Origin: Minisyncoccota bacterium
Lineage (GTDB): Bacteria > Patescibacteriota > Microgenomatia > UBA1400 > PJMF01
Length of the DNA: 62,514 nt
Direction of reading: 5' to 3'
Assembly (NCBI GenBank): GCA_009885085.1
Contig: VFLK01000008.1
Span: 1 to 62,514, forward strand
How positions within the stretch are numbered: the stretch's first letter is position 1; each line of letters opens with the position of its first letter. Under the pieces are notes generated by a model. It had not been told where the DNA came from. It searched no databases and worked only from the letters and a program-made list of their open reading frames with translations. Both the position numbers and the translations under genes were made by a program. Below are positions 49,201 through 57,934 of the stretch, one piece after another.

Positions 49201-49414
49201 CGGCGTTATTTTCATGAAGCCAAATCGTTTTATAAACGCTGTCAAAAATGTTTAAATTAACTTTGCCTTCGAGAATTTCTTCCACGTCAACAACTACAAC
49301 CTGCAAATTTTGATCTTGCAGCATCTTTATTACTTGAGACCTAAGAATTGTATTATTCCCAATCAAAACAATGGAAGGATCCTCAGCTAGTAAGTGAGTT
49401 TTTAATTGTGACAT
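46229..49414 (-). CDS. DUF4012 domain membrane protein with large cytoplasmic N-terminus
   Basis: FQNNQELRPTGGFI, LRDSNWNPDFP, VDGVIAL, EANIGINKANYY and KQPGT motifs after a single TM helix. Confidence 0.85.
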   Translation of the reverse strand: MSQLKTHLLAEDPSIVLIGNNTILRSQVIKMLQDQNLQVVVVDVEEILEGKVNLNIFDSVYKTIWLHENNADKTDNYLGILSIIREIKIPVIIVATLISNVAEHNSDLLQGWKERSRKQTQFIVDCNYHLSKASFIFGSDVISKDSLGTSLEFLLQNVRKRVVVNPDVSLGIIDSGLFVESLKEYLFKPGKQSSVLIRGEIIDSSKVIGSIKKLYDSYYNANLEVVDDSVKINSLVPFSVKEIIIHQDIKILIARIVKSLSPPSEPEKSDIISKPDENLKNQIVEKIPPSEGFSTKILITNKIVHERRIEETTGIESLDSRMIDSRIPDFRMPDSKKLDFRRPLQEKLLTKTPLVKTLLIETPLTETPLTKTPLVKTLLIETPLTETPPEKKLPVVSETLVVGEIISLTRVPSPPKIDVDNEIQRIFQTTRTETKVGRIRKIAKDTNKITKKSGRKRIFFIGGIGAAGAAIGIIFLAVIFYVSQTILRKELVAFISRGIVDQETVLIEDEGLKRITSFVGLQTNAYGSVIETNLISDSASMVEISENLQLIPQMLLEVDEASKNLFLQIIAGDSNKTTEFAQILDDKAQLAYEKLSGIQASFNLIDFDINSENREIIITNYENKLREIRNEIAIQQQLQPILASLTGEKSKKTYAVIFQNNQELRPTGGFIQAVALLNFDQGILVSHSVYSVYDLDSKLSGSIIPPSDVTNYLGEEKWYLRDSNWNPDFPTASAQIGWFINKSLGVDVDGVIALNLFSARDILEVTGPVDLPEYNEVLTHKNLLERMEFHSEVVLVSSPDSIDYSVAVLKKLIEKITNLNREKVPALFSSLEHSIVDNQISISVTEKSDQLVLHSLGWTGGLSKPNCPTQLSLVDCKVDVLSQVEANIGINKANYYLDRSIVHKVVLDREKAVHTREITFMNNAKSNSWPKGTYKSYQRFYIDKDVILDKVLINGSALIEEQISQKEVNGFKEIGIRVDVPIQKQVVVELDYTTPHNFENGFSYVFFNRKQPGTSGDLLKVSIKYADDMEPVLIAPAAQVSNKTITFNSGFENSLFSVEFQ
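48251..48370. repeat. Near-perfect 60-bp tandem duplication
   Basis: 48251-48307 identical to 48311-48367; encodes TKTPLVKTLLIETPLTETP twice. Confidence 0.9.
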
Positions 49415-49477
49415 TCAATCAATTGTAGAAAATTAAGGAGTCTTATTAAAGAGGAGTTTATTAAAAAGGAAAATTGA

Positions 49478-49924
49478 TTATGGTTGATAAGCGTCTAAAG
49501 CTTGATTTACCAAGGCATCTGCTTCTGAATTTTTTTCTCTTCTAATATGAAAGAATTTGACGTCAATACTGATTGTTTCTAAAATTTTCCATGCTTCATT
49601 GGCAAAATTTTTCATCCTCAAGTCTTTAATTTTCCAATTTTTGTTAATTTGTTCGACAACTAGCTTAGAATCTAAGTAGACCTCAGCTTTTTCGATATCT
49701 TCAAGATTTTCAGATAGCCATTCTAAAGCTTTTAGAAGAGCTTTATATTCTGCTTCATTGTTGGTGGCTATTCCAATAAATCCAGAATGCTCGAAAACAG
49801 CTTTTGTTCTTTTTGTTTCTTCAAAAGATGTTATGGCCGGAACATTAAAAATAACAACTCCGGTTGCCGCATTTCCAGGATTTCCTCTAGAACCACCATC
49901 TGTAAATATTCTTAAAATTCCCAT
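49478..49924 (-). CDS. rnhA: Ribonuclease HI
   Basis: IFTDGGSRGNPG, TNNEAEY, DSKLVVEQ and NSEADAL motifs. Confidence 0.93.
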   Translation of the reverse strand: MGILRIFTDGGSRGNPGNAATGVVIFNVPAITSFEETKRTKAVFEHSGFIGIATNNEAEYKALLKALEWLSENLEDIEKAEVYLDSKLVVEQINKNWKIKDLRMKNFANEAWKILETISIDVKFFHIRREKNSEADALVNQALDAYQP

Positions 49925-49935
49925 TTGAAACCTAT

Positions 49936-50397
49936 TTATTTCTTTAAACGAATAATTAATTTTCTATTTCTACCAATTCCTTCGGACACACTTTCGAGTG
50001 CTGAAAAATCCTTATCTTCTGCGAGAGTAGAGTGAATTATATATCTCTCGTGGGCCGGAAGAAACGAATTAAAAGCATATTCTTCTTTAGTTTCAAGCAC
50101 GCTGTTTGCTGCTGAATAAGTTAAATCTTTTAATCTTTCTTCTCTTTTTTCTCTATAGCCATTGATATTTAAGATAACTCTTTTTCCTTCAAACTCATCT
50201 TGAAAAATTATTCTTAAAACTCTTTGGATTGAGTCTATAGAATCACCGTGATATCCAATAAAAATACCAGAGTCTTCTTCAGGAACGTCTAGCTTAATTT
50301 CTACTTTTTCATCATTCTCTACGAGTTCAATTTTTACTTGATCCTCAGACAATCCACAGTGCTCACAAAGTTGTGTTAAAAATGTATTTAATTCCAT
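49936..50397 (-). CDS. jag: Jag/KhpB (EloR) KH-R3H RNA-binding protein
   Basis: IGYHGDSI KH loop; ERYIIH and SEGIGRNR R3H motifs; follows yidC. Confidence 0.85.
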   Translation of the reverse strand: MELNTFLTQLCEHCGLSEDQVKIELVENDEKVEIKLDVPEEDSGIFIGYHGDSIDSIQRVLRIIFQDEFEGKRVILNINGYREKREERLKDLTYSAANSVLETKEEYAFNSFLPAHERYIIHSTLAEDKDFSALESVSEGIGRNRKLIIRLKK

Positions 50398-50399
50398 AA

Positions 50400-51158
50400 T
50401 TACTTTCTAGAAATAAAACCTAGTGCTCTTTTATAATATATTACTAATCCACCTGGTCCAGATATATAGAATTGCTGTCCAATACTAAATATTGTTGTAG
50501 CTACCCAATATAGAGAGAGTCCAGAAGGGAATTTCAAAGCTATAAAACCTGTCATTATTGGCATGAGAAACATCATTTGTTGCTGCATAGACTGAGCCAT
50601 GTCTGCTGTGCCTTCTTCTTTTTTGTTTTCTAGTTGAATTTTTTTACTTTTACTCTTATTTGGAACGATATCTATTGTTTCAGCTCCAGGAGAAATCATT
50701 AGAGACAAAACAAATTGTGTCAGCGCTGCAAGAACCGGCAAAATATATTTTGAATCTGGAACACTCAAATCTAACCAGAAAAAGGATGAATTGACTGAGG
50801 TTCCATTGATAGTTGGAGAGTTTAAGAAATTAATTAAAACATTATATAAGACAATCAATATTCCCAACTGAGCTAACTGGGGAATACATCCGGCTAGTGG
50901 ATTAACGTTATATTTTTTATAAAGCTCCATTTGAGCTTTTTGTAGGCCTTGTTTATCCTTACCATGTTTTTTCTGAAGATCTTTAATCTCGGGTTGAAGC
51001 TTCTTCATTTTTTCACTAGATCTAAGAGAGGGGAGGGTAAGCGGTAAAAGTGCGCCTCTAATCAAAAAAGTAAAAATAAGAATCGAGTAGCCAAGGCTTC
51101 CAGTCGTACCAACTAGAAATATTAAAAAATTATTTAAAATGTCTGAAAAAAAACTCAT
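50400..51158 (-). CDS. yidC: Membrane protein insertase YidC
   Basis: LQPEIKDLQKK, NPLAGCIP, FFWLDLSVPD and PSGLSLYW motifs. Confidence 0.93.
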   Translation of the reverse strand: MSFFSDILNNFLIFLVGTTGSLGYSILIFTFLIRGALLPLTLPSLRSSEKMKKLQPEIKDLQKKHGKDKQGLQKAQMELYKKYNVNPLAGCIPQLAQLGILIVLYNVLINFLNSPTINGTSVNSSFFWLDLSVPDSKYILPVLAALTQFVLSLMISPGAETIDIVPNKSKSKKIQLENKKEEGTADMAQSMQQQMMFLMPIMTGFIALKFPSGLSLYWVATTIFSIGQQFYISGPGGLVIYYKRALGFISRK

Positions 51159-51186
51159 ATGTCCTTGTTTGAATAAACTATTGTTT

Positions 51187-51390
51187 CTACCAGCAGAGTA
51201 AAACTCTCTTTAGTCCCTTAATACCGCCAATTAATATACCTTTTTCTTTAATTTGCTCAAAAGCATATGTTCCACAGGTTGGAGAGTGTTTGCAATGCAC
51301 AACGATTCCGAAAGCACTTCTTAGAAGATTATACCTCATGGTGCGAAAAAATTGGTAAGTTGCTAGAAGTATTTTATACTGTAATTTCAA
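51187..51390 (-). CDS. yidD: Membrane protein insertion efficiency factor YidD
   Basis: CKHSPTCGTYA...KRVLLC; between rnpA and yidC. Confidence 0.85.
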   Translation of the reverse strand: MKLQYKILLATYQFFRTMRYNLLRSAFGIVVHCKHSPTCGTYAFEQIKEKGILIGGIKGLKRVLLCW

Positions 51391-51709
51391 CTAAGCTACC
51401 TTCAATTGTTTTTACTAGGTTTACGTCTTTTTCTTTAATATTTGATTTATTTACAACAATAGCAACGTCGGCATTAATATTCTTAACCTCGTCCGGCAAA
51501 TTTTCTATTACTAAATAGAAAATCCTCTTTATTCTATTTCTGTCTGTCGCTAACTTGACGGTTTTTTTGGGTACAATAATAGAAATTTTCAAGCCCTTTT
51601 TAGCATTTTTTTTATAGAAAACACTAAATTCTTGCAAATGTTTTTTTTTACAATTGAAAAAGAAGTTTTTATCACTTCTCAAATCAAGTTTGAACTGCTT
51701 GGAAAGCAT
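51374..51709 (-). CDS. rnpA: Ribonuclease P protein component
   Basis: IIVPKK..KLATDRNRIKR (RNR motif); synteny. Confidence 0.88.
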   Translation of the reverse strand: MLSKQFKLDLRSDKNFFFNCKKKHLQEFSVFYKKNAKKGLKISIIVPKKTVKLATDRNRIKRIFYLVIENLPDEVKNINADVAIVVNKSNIKEKDVNLVKTIEGSLVEITV

Positions 51710-51718
51710 GTTAAAGCC

Positions 51719-51865
51719 TTATTTCTTTTTTTGGACTGCTAAGGTTTTTCTTCCTTTAGCTCTGCGTCTCTTGAGCATTTTGATTCCACCAAGACTTTGA
51801 AGTCTCTTTAGAAAGCCATGCTTTTTCATTCTTTTATATTTTTTTGGGTTCCATGTTCTTTGCAT
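51719..51865 (-). CDS. rpmH: 50S ribosomal protein L34 (not in ORF track)
   Basis: Translated by hand: MQRTWNPKKYKRMKKHGFLKRLQSLGGIKMLKRRRAKGRKTLAVQKKK. Confidence 0.93.
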   Translation of the reverse strand: MQRTWNPKKYKRMKKHGFLKRLQSLGGIKMLKRRRAKGRKTLAVQKKK

Positions 51866-51890
51866 AAGGTTGATATTATATCAGAAGAAT

Positions 51891-53003
51891 TTAATTATTC
51901 ACCTTGAAAGGCATAATTACATATTTATAAGTACCTTCTACCTCTGGTTTAAACATCGCTGGCTTTAGACTTTCATTCATTCCGAACCACTGTTCAGGAG
52001 ATTTGGTAGCTGATAGATAGTCTATCAAATACTTAATATTAAATGCAATTTCTCCAGGAAGACCTTTTATTTTTACGTTATTTAGAGTTCCTTTGTAATT
52101 TCCAAAGTTTGGAGAAGATGATTTAATTTCTACGTTTTTTTCTGTGATAATAAGCTTTACGATATTAGATGACTCTCTAGCAAAAATCATTGCTCTTTTT
52201 AGGTTGTCCATCAGCTCGTCTGAATCAAAGAATACTTCAGTATTAAACTCATAAGGAATAATTTTTTCATAAGGAGGATAGTTGCCATCGATTAATCTGA
52301 CGAAAACCAAAACTCCGTTTATTGAAAAAAATATTTGCTTAAGTTCTTGAGAGATTTTAAACTTAACCTCCATCGATTCAAGCCTTGTCATTATTCTATA
52401 AACTTCAGACAGAGATTTTGCAGGAATTAAGAAAGATCTTTCTTCATCGTATTTCTTACTGCCGTCTAGAAGTAAAACTGAGAGTCTAAAACCATCAGTA
52501 CTTATTACTTCAAAACCTCTTTGAGAAAACTTAAATAAAACTGCTGTTAATACCGGTCTTGCAAGGTCTGTGGATGCACTAAAAGAGATATACTTTTCTA
52601 TTTTTTCAAGATGTTCTGCAGAAATTTCATATTCTTCTCCCTCTACTTGAGGAAAAGGAGGATAATCATCGCTTGATTGACATGATAGAGATGTCTTAGT
52701 TTTGTCTGAAAGAATTTTAAGACTTCCTTCCGAAAATTCTAGAGTTAGAACCCCAGGACTTAGTGAAGAAATAATTTCTTTGAATTGCTTTCCTGGAACA
52801 ACAACCATTCCTTCTGTTTCTACATCTGTTTGAACATTTGATTTAACACCAAAATACAAATCTGTTGCTGAGATAGTGCAGCCATCTTTCTTTGCTTCAA
52901 TGAGTATTGATGACAAAATAGGAAGCTGAGGTCTACTTGGAATAGCCTTTTGAAGATTGTTCAAAGACTTATTTAAGTTTTCCTGTAATACTTTTAATTT
53001 CAT
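51891..53003 (-). CDS. dnaN: DNA polymerase III beta sliding clamp
   Basis: ISATDL, STDGFRLS, RLIDGNYPPY, IAFNIKYL and YVIMP motifs; downstream of dnaA. Confidence 0.96.
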   Translation of the reverse strand: MKLKVLQENLNKSLNNLQKAIPSRPQLPILSSILIEAKKDGCTISATDLYFGVKSNVQTDVETEGMVVVPGKQFKEIISSLSPGVLTLEFSEGSLKILSDKTKTSLSCQSSDDYPPFPQVEGEEYEISAEHLEKIEKYISFSASTDLARPVLTAVLFKFSQRGFEVISTDGFRLSVLLLDGSKKYDEERSFLIPAKSLSEVYRIMTRLESMEVKFKISQELKQIFFSINGVLVFVRLIDGNYPPYEKIIPYEFNTEVFFDSDELMDNLKRAMIFARESSNIVKLIITEKNVEIKSSSPNFGNYKGTLNNVKIKGLPGEIAFNIKYLIDYLSATKSPEQWFGMNESLKPAMFKPEVEGTYKYVIMPFKVNN

Positions 53004-53278
53004 TTTCTGTTTTCTTATTAAGTATTTATTATATTAATATTTAGTAGTTTTAGTAGTAGGGCAGACCAGAAATGTGGAGAAGACTCATTGTCTGATCAAG
53101 TTGTGTACTGTGAATTCTATGTGTAATCATCAGTATTAGCAATGTTAATAATCGTTGTGAATTATTGTGTATTTGTTATTAACAATTCTTAGTTATTAAC
53201 AAAGATGATTTTTAATCCACAATGATTCACATATCTATGCACTGTTTATACACACAATTGTTCACAATTGTTGATAAC
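53004..53278. other. oriC: Replication origin oriC (dnaA-dnaN intergenic)
   Basis: DnaA-box-like 9-mers (TTATACACA 53246-54, TAATCCACA 53213-21, TTGTTCACA 53258-66, TGTGGAGAA 53073-81); TAG trio repeats at 53042-59 next to a GC cluster and an AT-rich tract. Confidence 0.85.
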
Positions 53279-54847
53279 TCAGTGAGAAGTCAACGAAAGC
53301 GTTGTTCTAAGGGCAGATACATCGCGCATAATTAGATCGTTTGTTTTCAAGTCTTTTTCAACTTTTCTCACGGCATGCAACACGCTAGTATGATCTCTAC
53401 CAGAGAACCAACGGCCTATTTCTGCCAACGGAAGATTAAGCTCATTTTTTAATAGATACATTGCAATGTGGCGTGCAATTACAAGAGATTTAACTCTTCT
53501 TTTTCCCTTCAAAGCCGTCTGTTTCAGTCTATAGTGATTTGCAACAGTTTTAATAATCTCCGACGGCGAAGTATTGATGCTCGGTCTTTTTTCGACTATT
53601 TCTGTATCTAGAAGGGAGTTAATCAGTTCTTCACTAATAAATTTTCCCTTAAGTTCTACCTCAGATCTAATACTAGTGATAACACCTTCAATCTTTCTAG
53701 CGCTCTCAACTCTTGAAGCAATGGTCTTGGCTATATCGATTGGGATTGAAAGACCGGCGGCCTTTGATTTAACAAGAAGAATCGCTGTTCTTAACTCGAA
53801 TGACGGTATTTGAATATCAATCATTAATCCTGCTTCAAATCTAGATCTCAATCTGTCTTCCAGGAGATTCATCTCGTGTGGCGGTCTATCAGAGGTAAGT
53901 ACAATTTGTCCCTGTTGCTTACTTAGGGCATTAAAGGTGTGAAAAAATTCTTCCTGGACGGCGTTCTTTCCAGCTATAAACTGAATGTCATCAATCAATA
54001 GAACATCGGCGTTCCTAAACTTTGATTTAAAAAGATTAGTATTCTTTTTTTGAATGGATTGAACAATCTCATTGGTAAATTCTTCTCCGGTGCAATAAAT
54101 AATTTTTTTATTGGGATCATTTTTAATAATATTACTTCCAATAGCGTGCATTAAATGGGTTTTTCCAACACCAACGCCGCCATAAAGGAATAGAGGATTA
54201 TACGCAGTTCCTGGCCTATTTGAGACCGCTGTCGCTGCTGCATGAGCCATTTCGTTTGTTGTTGAGACGGCAAACGTCTCAAAAGTATAATCTTTTCTAA
54301 GGCCGACAGCTCTTATTAGAGCCGCGGTCCTATCTTCTGATGCAGACGTTAGGATACTTTCTGAAAACAAATCTTCAACCCTTGGTGACTGATTGTTGAA
54401 GCCAGAAGAGCTAGACAAATTTTGAGACTCTTCAAAGAAAGAATCTGAGGATCTACTGCTCTCAAGAGAATTTTGTTTTAATTCCGGATTTATAGTCTTT
54501 CCAACTGTCGAAAAACCAGATTGTATAGGTCCTCCAGATCTACCTGACGCTGGAGAAAACGAGACGGATCCAACAACATATTGTATTTCACAGACTTTTC
54601 CTGTGGCCTTATCCAGTGATTGCTTAATCTGGAGATGAAGGTTTTTTTTGAGGTTTGTAGAGTGGAAGGCTGTGGGGCTAGTTATTGTGGCCAAACATCG
54701 GTTATCTTCTAGATAATCCAAGGTTGAAACTGGGTTAGATACAATCCAAGTATTATAGACCGCAGGAGATAACTGAATTTGTAGCTGAGCACAGGCTTGA
54801 TCCCAAATATGTTTTACTTCACTAGAAGGCACATTACCAATTTGCAT
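53279..54847 (-). CDS. dnaA: Chromosomal replication initiator DnaA
   Basis: YNPLFLYGGVGVGKTHL, LLIDDIQF, QEEFFHTFN and GRDHTSVLHA motifs. Confidence 0.98.
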   Translation of the reverse strand: MQIGNVPSSEVKHIWDQACAQLQIQLSPAVYNTWIVSNPVSTLDYLEDNRCLATITSPTAFHSTNLKKNLHLQIKQSLDKATGKVCEIQYVVGSVSFSPASGRSGGPIQSGFSTVGKTINPELKQNSLESSRSSDSFFEESQNLSSSSGFNNQSPRVEDLFSESILTSASEDRTAALIRAVGLRKDYTFETFAVSTTNEMAHAAATAVSNRPGTAYNPLFLYGGVGVGKTHLMHAIGSNIIKNDPNKKIIYCTGEEFTNEIVQSIQKKNTNLFKSKFRNADVLLIDDIQFIAGKNAVQEEFFHTFNALSKQQGQIVLTSDRPPHEMNLLEDRLRSRFEAGLMIDIQIPSFELRTAILLVKSKAAGLSIPIDIAKTIASRVESARKIEGVITSIRSEVELKGKFISEELINSLLDTEIVEKRPSINTSPSEIIKTVANHYRLKQTALKGKRRVKSLVIARHIAMYLLKNELNLPLAEIGRWFSGRDHTSVLHAVRKVEKDLKTNDLIMRDVSALRTTLSLTSH

Positions 54848-54903
54848 AGTATTCTTTGATTAAAACTTCTTGGGCAGAAAATACATTATTAGAACAAACC
54901 TAT

Positions 54904-54924
54904 TTATACACAAAGTTATCCACA
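54904..54924 (+). promoter_or_regulatory. Two DnaA boxes upstream of dnaA
   Basis: TTATACACA 54904-12 and TTATCCACA 54916-24. Confidence 0.8.
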
Positions 54925-54965
54925 ATTAACAATAGGAAAAAAAGACCGATCTATTGGAGAGTAGA

Positions 54966-57008
54966 TCAAGTGGACGGCGGAGTGTAGGTATCAATTGAAT
55001 ATAAAGATGTGGCGGTTTTCATATTACTATCGTCACTACTTTGTTTGTTTTCTCTTGTGTCTGCTTCTTCGAATTGCTTCATTATTTCTTCTTTTTTCTT
55101 TTTTTCTTCATCTGTCTCATAGCCATTGTCCGCCACAGATTCTTGTCTGAGAACAGAGTTACTACCAGGCATATTTGACACCTTAACATTTGTTCTTTTG
55201 GCAATCTCTTCAGGGTTGGTAGTGATAACTTGATGTTCTTCGTCTGAAGCAACAACTCTCAAAGCGACATGATTCTGTCCAGCAAAGAAAATTCCTTCTC
55301 CAACATCGGAAGAAACCAAAAGTTGTCTTTCTCCTTGAGAGAGATAAAATGTCTCAGCAAGAATCGGAACTGAAGCCGTTGACTGTTTCATTAAAAACTG
55401 AATCGAAGCATTTGTAACAATTGCTCTTCCATAATCATTATGTAAAAAGTCTTCGACGTCTTGAGTAATTGTTGTAACCCCAAGATAATATTTTCTAGCT
55501 CTTTTGACCATAGAATGTAGAAATGAAGCAGAATCTGGACTCTTCATAAAATACCAGGCTTCGTCAACAACAAGAATTCTTTTTTTGAGATCTTTTTTAA
55601 CTCTAGTCCAGATAAAATCCAAAATAACATACATAGCGACCGGTCTAATAGACTCTTCCATTTCTTTAACTGAAAAAATAGTCAGTTGATTTTTAATATC
55701 GAAGTTTGATTTTTGATCGAAAATACCTCTAAAAGAACCAACAATATATTTTTCTAGTCTGGCGGAAATGTCGTCGGCGTCTGAAGATTCCATACCGATC
55801 AAGGCCTTGTAAACGTCCTCCATTAATGGTGGTTCGTTTGTTTGAGTGGCTGGATCAGGAGTAATGCCCTTGGCTTTGTAAGCGGCGACCAAAGCTCTGT
55901 CTAATAATGCATCTTGTTGAGGAGTCATTTCGCCCAACATAACTTTTAGCAAACCGTGTAAGGAAATAATTTTTTGTCCAAGTTCATTTTCGCCTTCTTC
56001 ATAAAGATTAGAGAGATCAAAAGGATTCAATTTTGTTTTAGATCCGAAAGTAAAATTAATATATTCTCCGCCAGCTGCTCCAGATAAATCCTCATATTCG
56101 TGCTCTGGATCTAGAACTAGAACTTCTGTTCCAAACATCAGCTGACGCAAAATCTCCAATTTAACAGTATAGGATTTTCCAGCTCCAGATTTTGCAAAAA
56201 TCACCATGTTGGCATTTTCCATCTTAAATCTGTCAAAGATAACAAGCGAATCATTGTGTTCGTTAATTCCATAAATGATTCCTGTTTCCATTGTCAATTC
56301 ACTAGAAGTAAACGGAAAAGTAGTTGCCAAAGAAGTTGTATCCATGTTTCTGGTAACTTTTAGTTTGTCTGTTCCCATCGGAAGGGTGGTCTTAAAACCT
56401 TCGTCCATCTGAAGAGTGGCCTTTTTAGAAACAATCAAAAGCGATCCTAGAGCCGACTGAATACTTTTGGTAATTTTGTCTAGTTCTTCTCTTGTTTCTG
56501 TTTGAATTGTTACATAAAGCCCAAATTGAAAAAATCTCTCAGATCCCTTGGCAAGTTCTTCTCTAATAAACCTGGCATCTTCAAGTTTGATTTCAGTATT
56601 AATGTTACTGATTTTTCCAGATCTTAAGTCAGACTGAATTTCAGCCTCCATTTCGGTTATTTTTCTCTTCAGGTTGTCGAGAATCTCTCCAGAATCGACT
56701 GGATAAATAAACATAGCGACACTCATTTGATGAGGATAGTTGATCAGCGGTGAAAGCCAGTTTGCTGGAACTGATCTCGGATATCCAGCTATAAAGATGG
56801 TTCTAGTATAGGTAGAATTAATTTTCTGAAAAGTAAAATCAACCTCGATTGCCTCTGGAGCAATGATATCTTGAATCGTGACAAGGCCTCTTGAAAATTC
56901 TTGCAATCTTTCCAAATCTTTTTGATCTTGGTTTGGAGTAAGACCGGAAGCGTTCTTGCTATTTTCTTTCTTTTTAAAAAATGGTAGTGAACTCAAGATG
57001 CCTGGCAT
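54966..57008 (-). CDS. VirB4-like type IV secretion ATPase
   Basis: NANMVIFAKSGAGKS, LDPEHEY, LNPFD, ILVVDEAW, KRARKY and ITQDVEDF motifs. Confidence 0.92.
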   Translation of the reverse strand: MPGILSSLPFFKKKENSKNASGLTPNQDQKDLERLQEFSRGLVTIQDIIAPEAIEVDFTFQKINSTYTRTIFIAGYPRSVPANWLSPLINYPHQMSVAMFIYPVDSGEILDNLKRKITEMEAEIQSDLRSGKISNINTEIKLEDARFIREELAKGSERFFQFGLYVTIQTETREELDKITKSIQSALGSLLIVSKKATLQMDEGFKTTLPMGTDKLKVTRNMDTTSLATTFPFTSSELTMETGIIYGINEHNDSLVIFDRFKMENANMVIFAKSGAGKSYTVKLEILRQLMFGTEVLVLDPEHEYEDLSGAAGGEYINFTFGSKTKLNPFDLSNLYEEGENELGQKIISLHGLLKVMLGEMTPQQDALLDRALVAAYKAKGITPDPATQTNEPPLMEDVYKALIGMESSDADDISARLEKYIVGSFRGIFDQKSNFDIKNQLTIFSVKEMEESIRPVAMYVILDFIWTRVKKDLKKRILVVDEAWYFMKSPDSASFLHSMVKRARKYYLGVTTITQDVEDFLHNDYGRAIVTNASIQFLMKQSTASVPILAETFYLSQGERQLLVSSDVGEGIFFAGQNHVALRVVASDEEHQVITTNPEEIAKRTNVKVSNMPGSNSVLRQESVADNGYETDEEKKKKEEIMKQFEEADTRENKQSSDDSNMKTATSLYSIDTYTPPST

Positions 57009-57901
57009 TATTGTTGTCCTTCGCTATTATTCTGGGAGAGGGAGGTTGTTGAATTTTCTTCGACATTCGGTACTAATTCTGGCTCAGTAATAACACTTGT
57101 GATGGTTTCATTTTCCATGACTGTTGAATTAGAAAGTACGGGGCTATTTGAGTTTTCTGAGGATTGAGGGATTGCCTGGGATTGGTTAGCAGTTGGCAAA
57201 GCACCGTTCATATTGCTGCCTTCAACTCGAGCATTGACTAGTGGCGTGGTATAGCTACTGCTATCTGCAATTTGCTGTCCCTCTTGAGCCTCCGGGTTAT
57301 AGCTTAAGTAGAAGAGTTGAATCACTTCTTGTGTTTCTAGCTGTCTAGAATAAAGTCCAATTCTAGCAAACTGCGCAATTAAGTGATCTCTCTTGGGCTC
57401 TAAAAGATTTTTTGCTTTTTCAATAATAATATTGCGGTCAATGGAAGTTATGTTAATGGTGCCTTTTCCAGGTAAAACACTTGACGCCGCCAATATTCCC
57501 AATTCTACGGGAGCGGCAGGAATAACTACAAAAAACTTTTTATCCAGAACATTTCTCTCGCGAATGAGTTCACCAACAAATTCTCTATATCGTTGAATTC
57601 TTTTTTGTTTACTTCTATCTTGGGTTTCAGCTTCCTGATCTTTTAGAAGCTGAAGATAGCTGGTGACGTCTTTTGTTTGGGATCTAATTAAAATCTGAAT
57701 AGGGTAGTTAATAGAGTTTAAAAGACCGGCATATGCATACATGATACTATCTTGTTCTTCTTCAGCCAAAAGACTAAAATTCATTGCATCAACGGCAATA
57801 ATTATTGATGCGGTGCCATCTTTCATAATGACAAAGTTGTTGGTGATGTCAAAAATATCTAAAAATTGTTGCGTGGTGGAGTCAGTTGTTGTGCTGGGCA
57901 T
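57008..57901 (-). CDS. T4SS-associated protein (VirB4 N-terminal/TraC-like)
   Basis: STTQQFLDI, AMNFSLLAEEEQ...YAGLLNS...PIQI; between PrgI-like and VirB4 genes. Confidence 0.7.
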   Translation of the reverse strand: MPSTTTDSTTQQFLDIFDITNNFVIMKDGTASIIIAVDAMNFSLLAEEEQDSIMYAYAGLLNSINYPIQILIRSQTKDVTSYLQLLKDQEAETQDRSKQKRIQRYREFVGELIRERNVLDKKFFVVIPAAPVELGILAASSVLPGKGTINITSIDRNIIIEKAKNLLEPKRDHLIAQFARIGLYSRQLETQEVIQLFYLSYNPEAQEGQQIADSSSYTTPLVNARVEGSNMNGALPTANQSQAIPQSSENSNSPVLSNSTVMENETITSVITEPELVPNVEENSTTSLSQNNSEGQQ

Positions 57902-57934
57902 TCTGTATAGTTTATCTCTTTTTACGATTTAATT

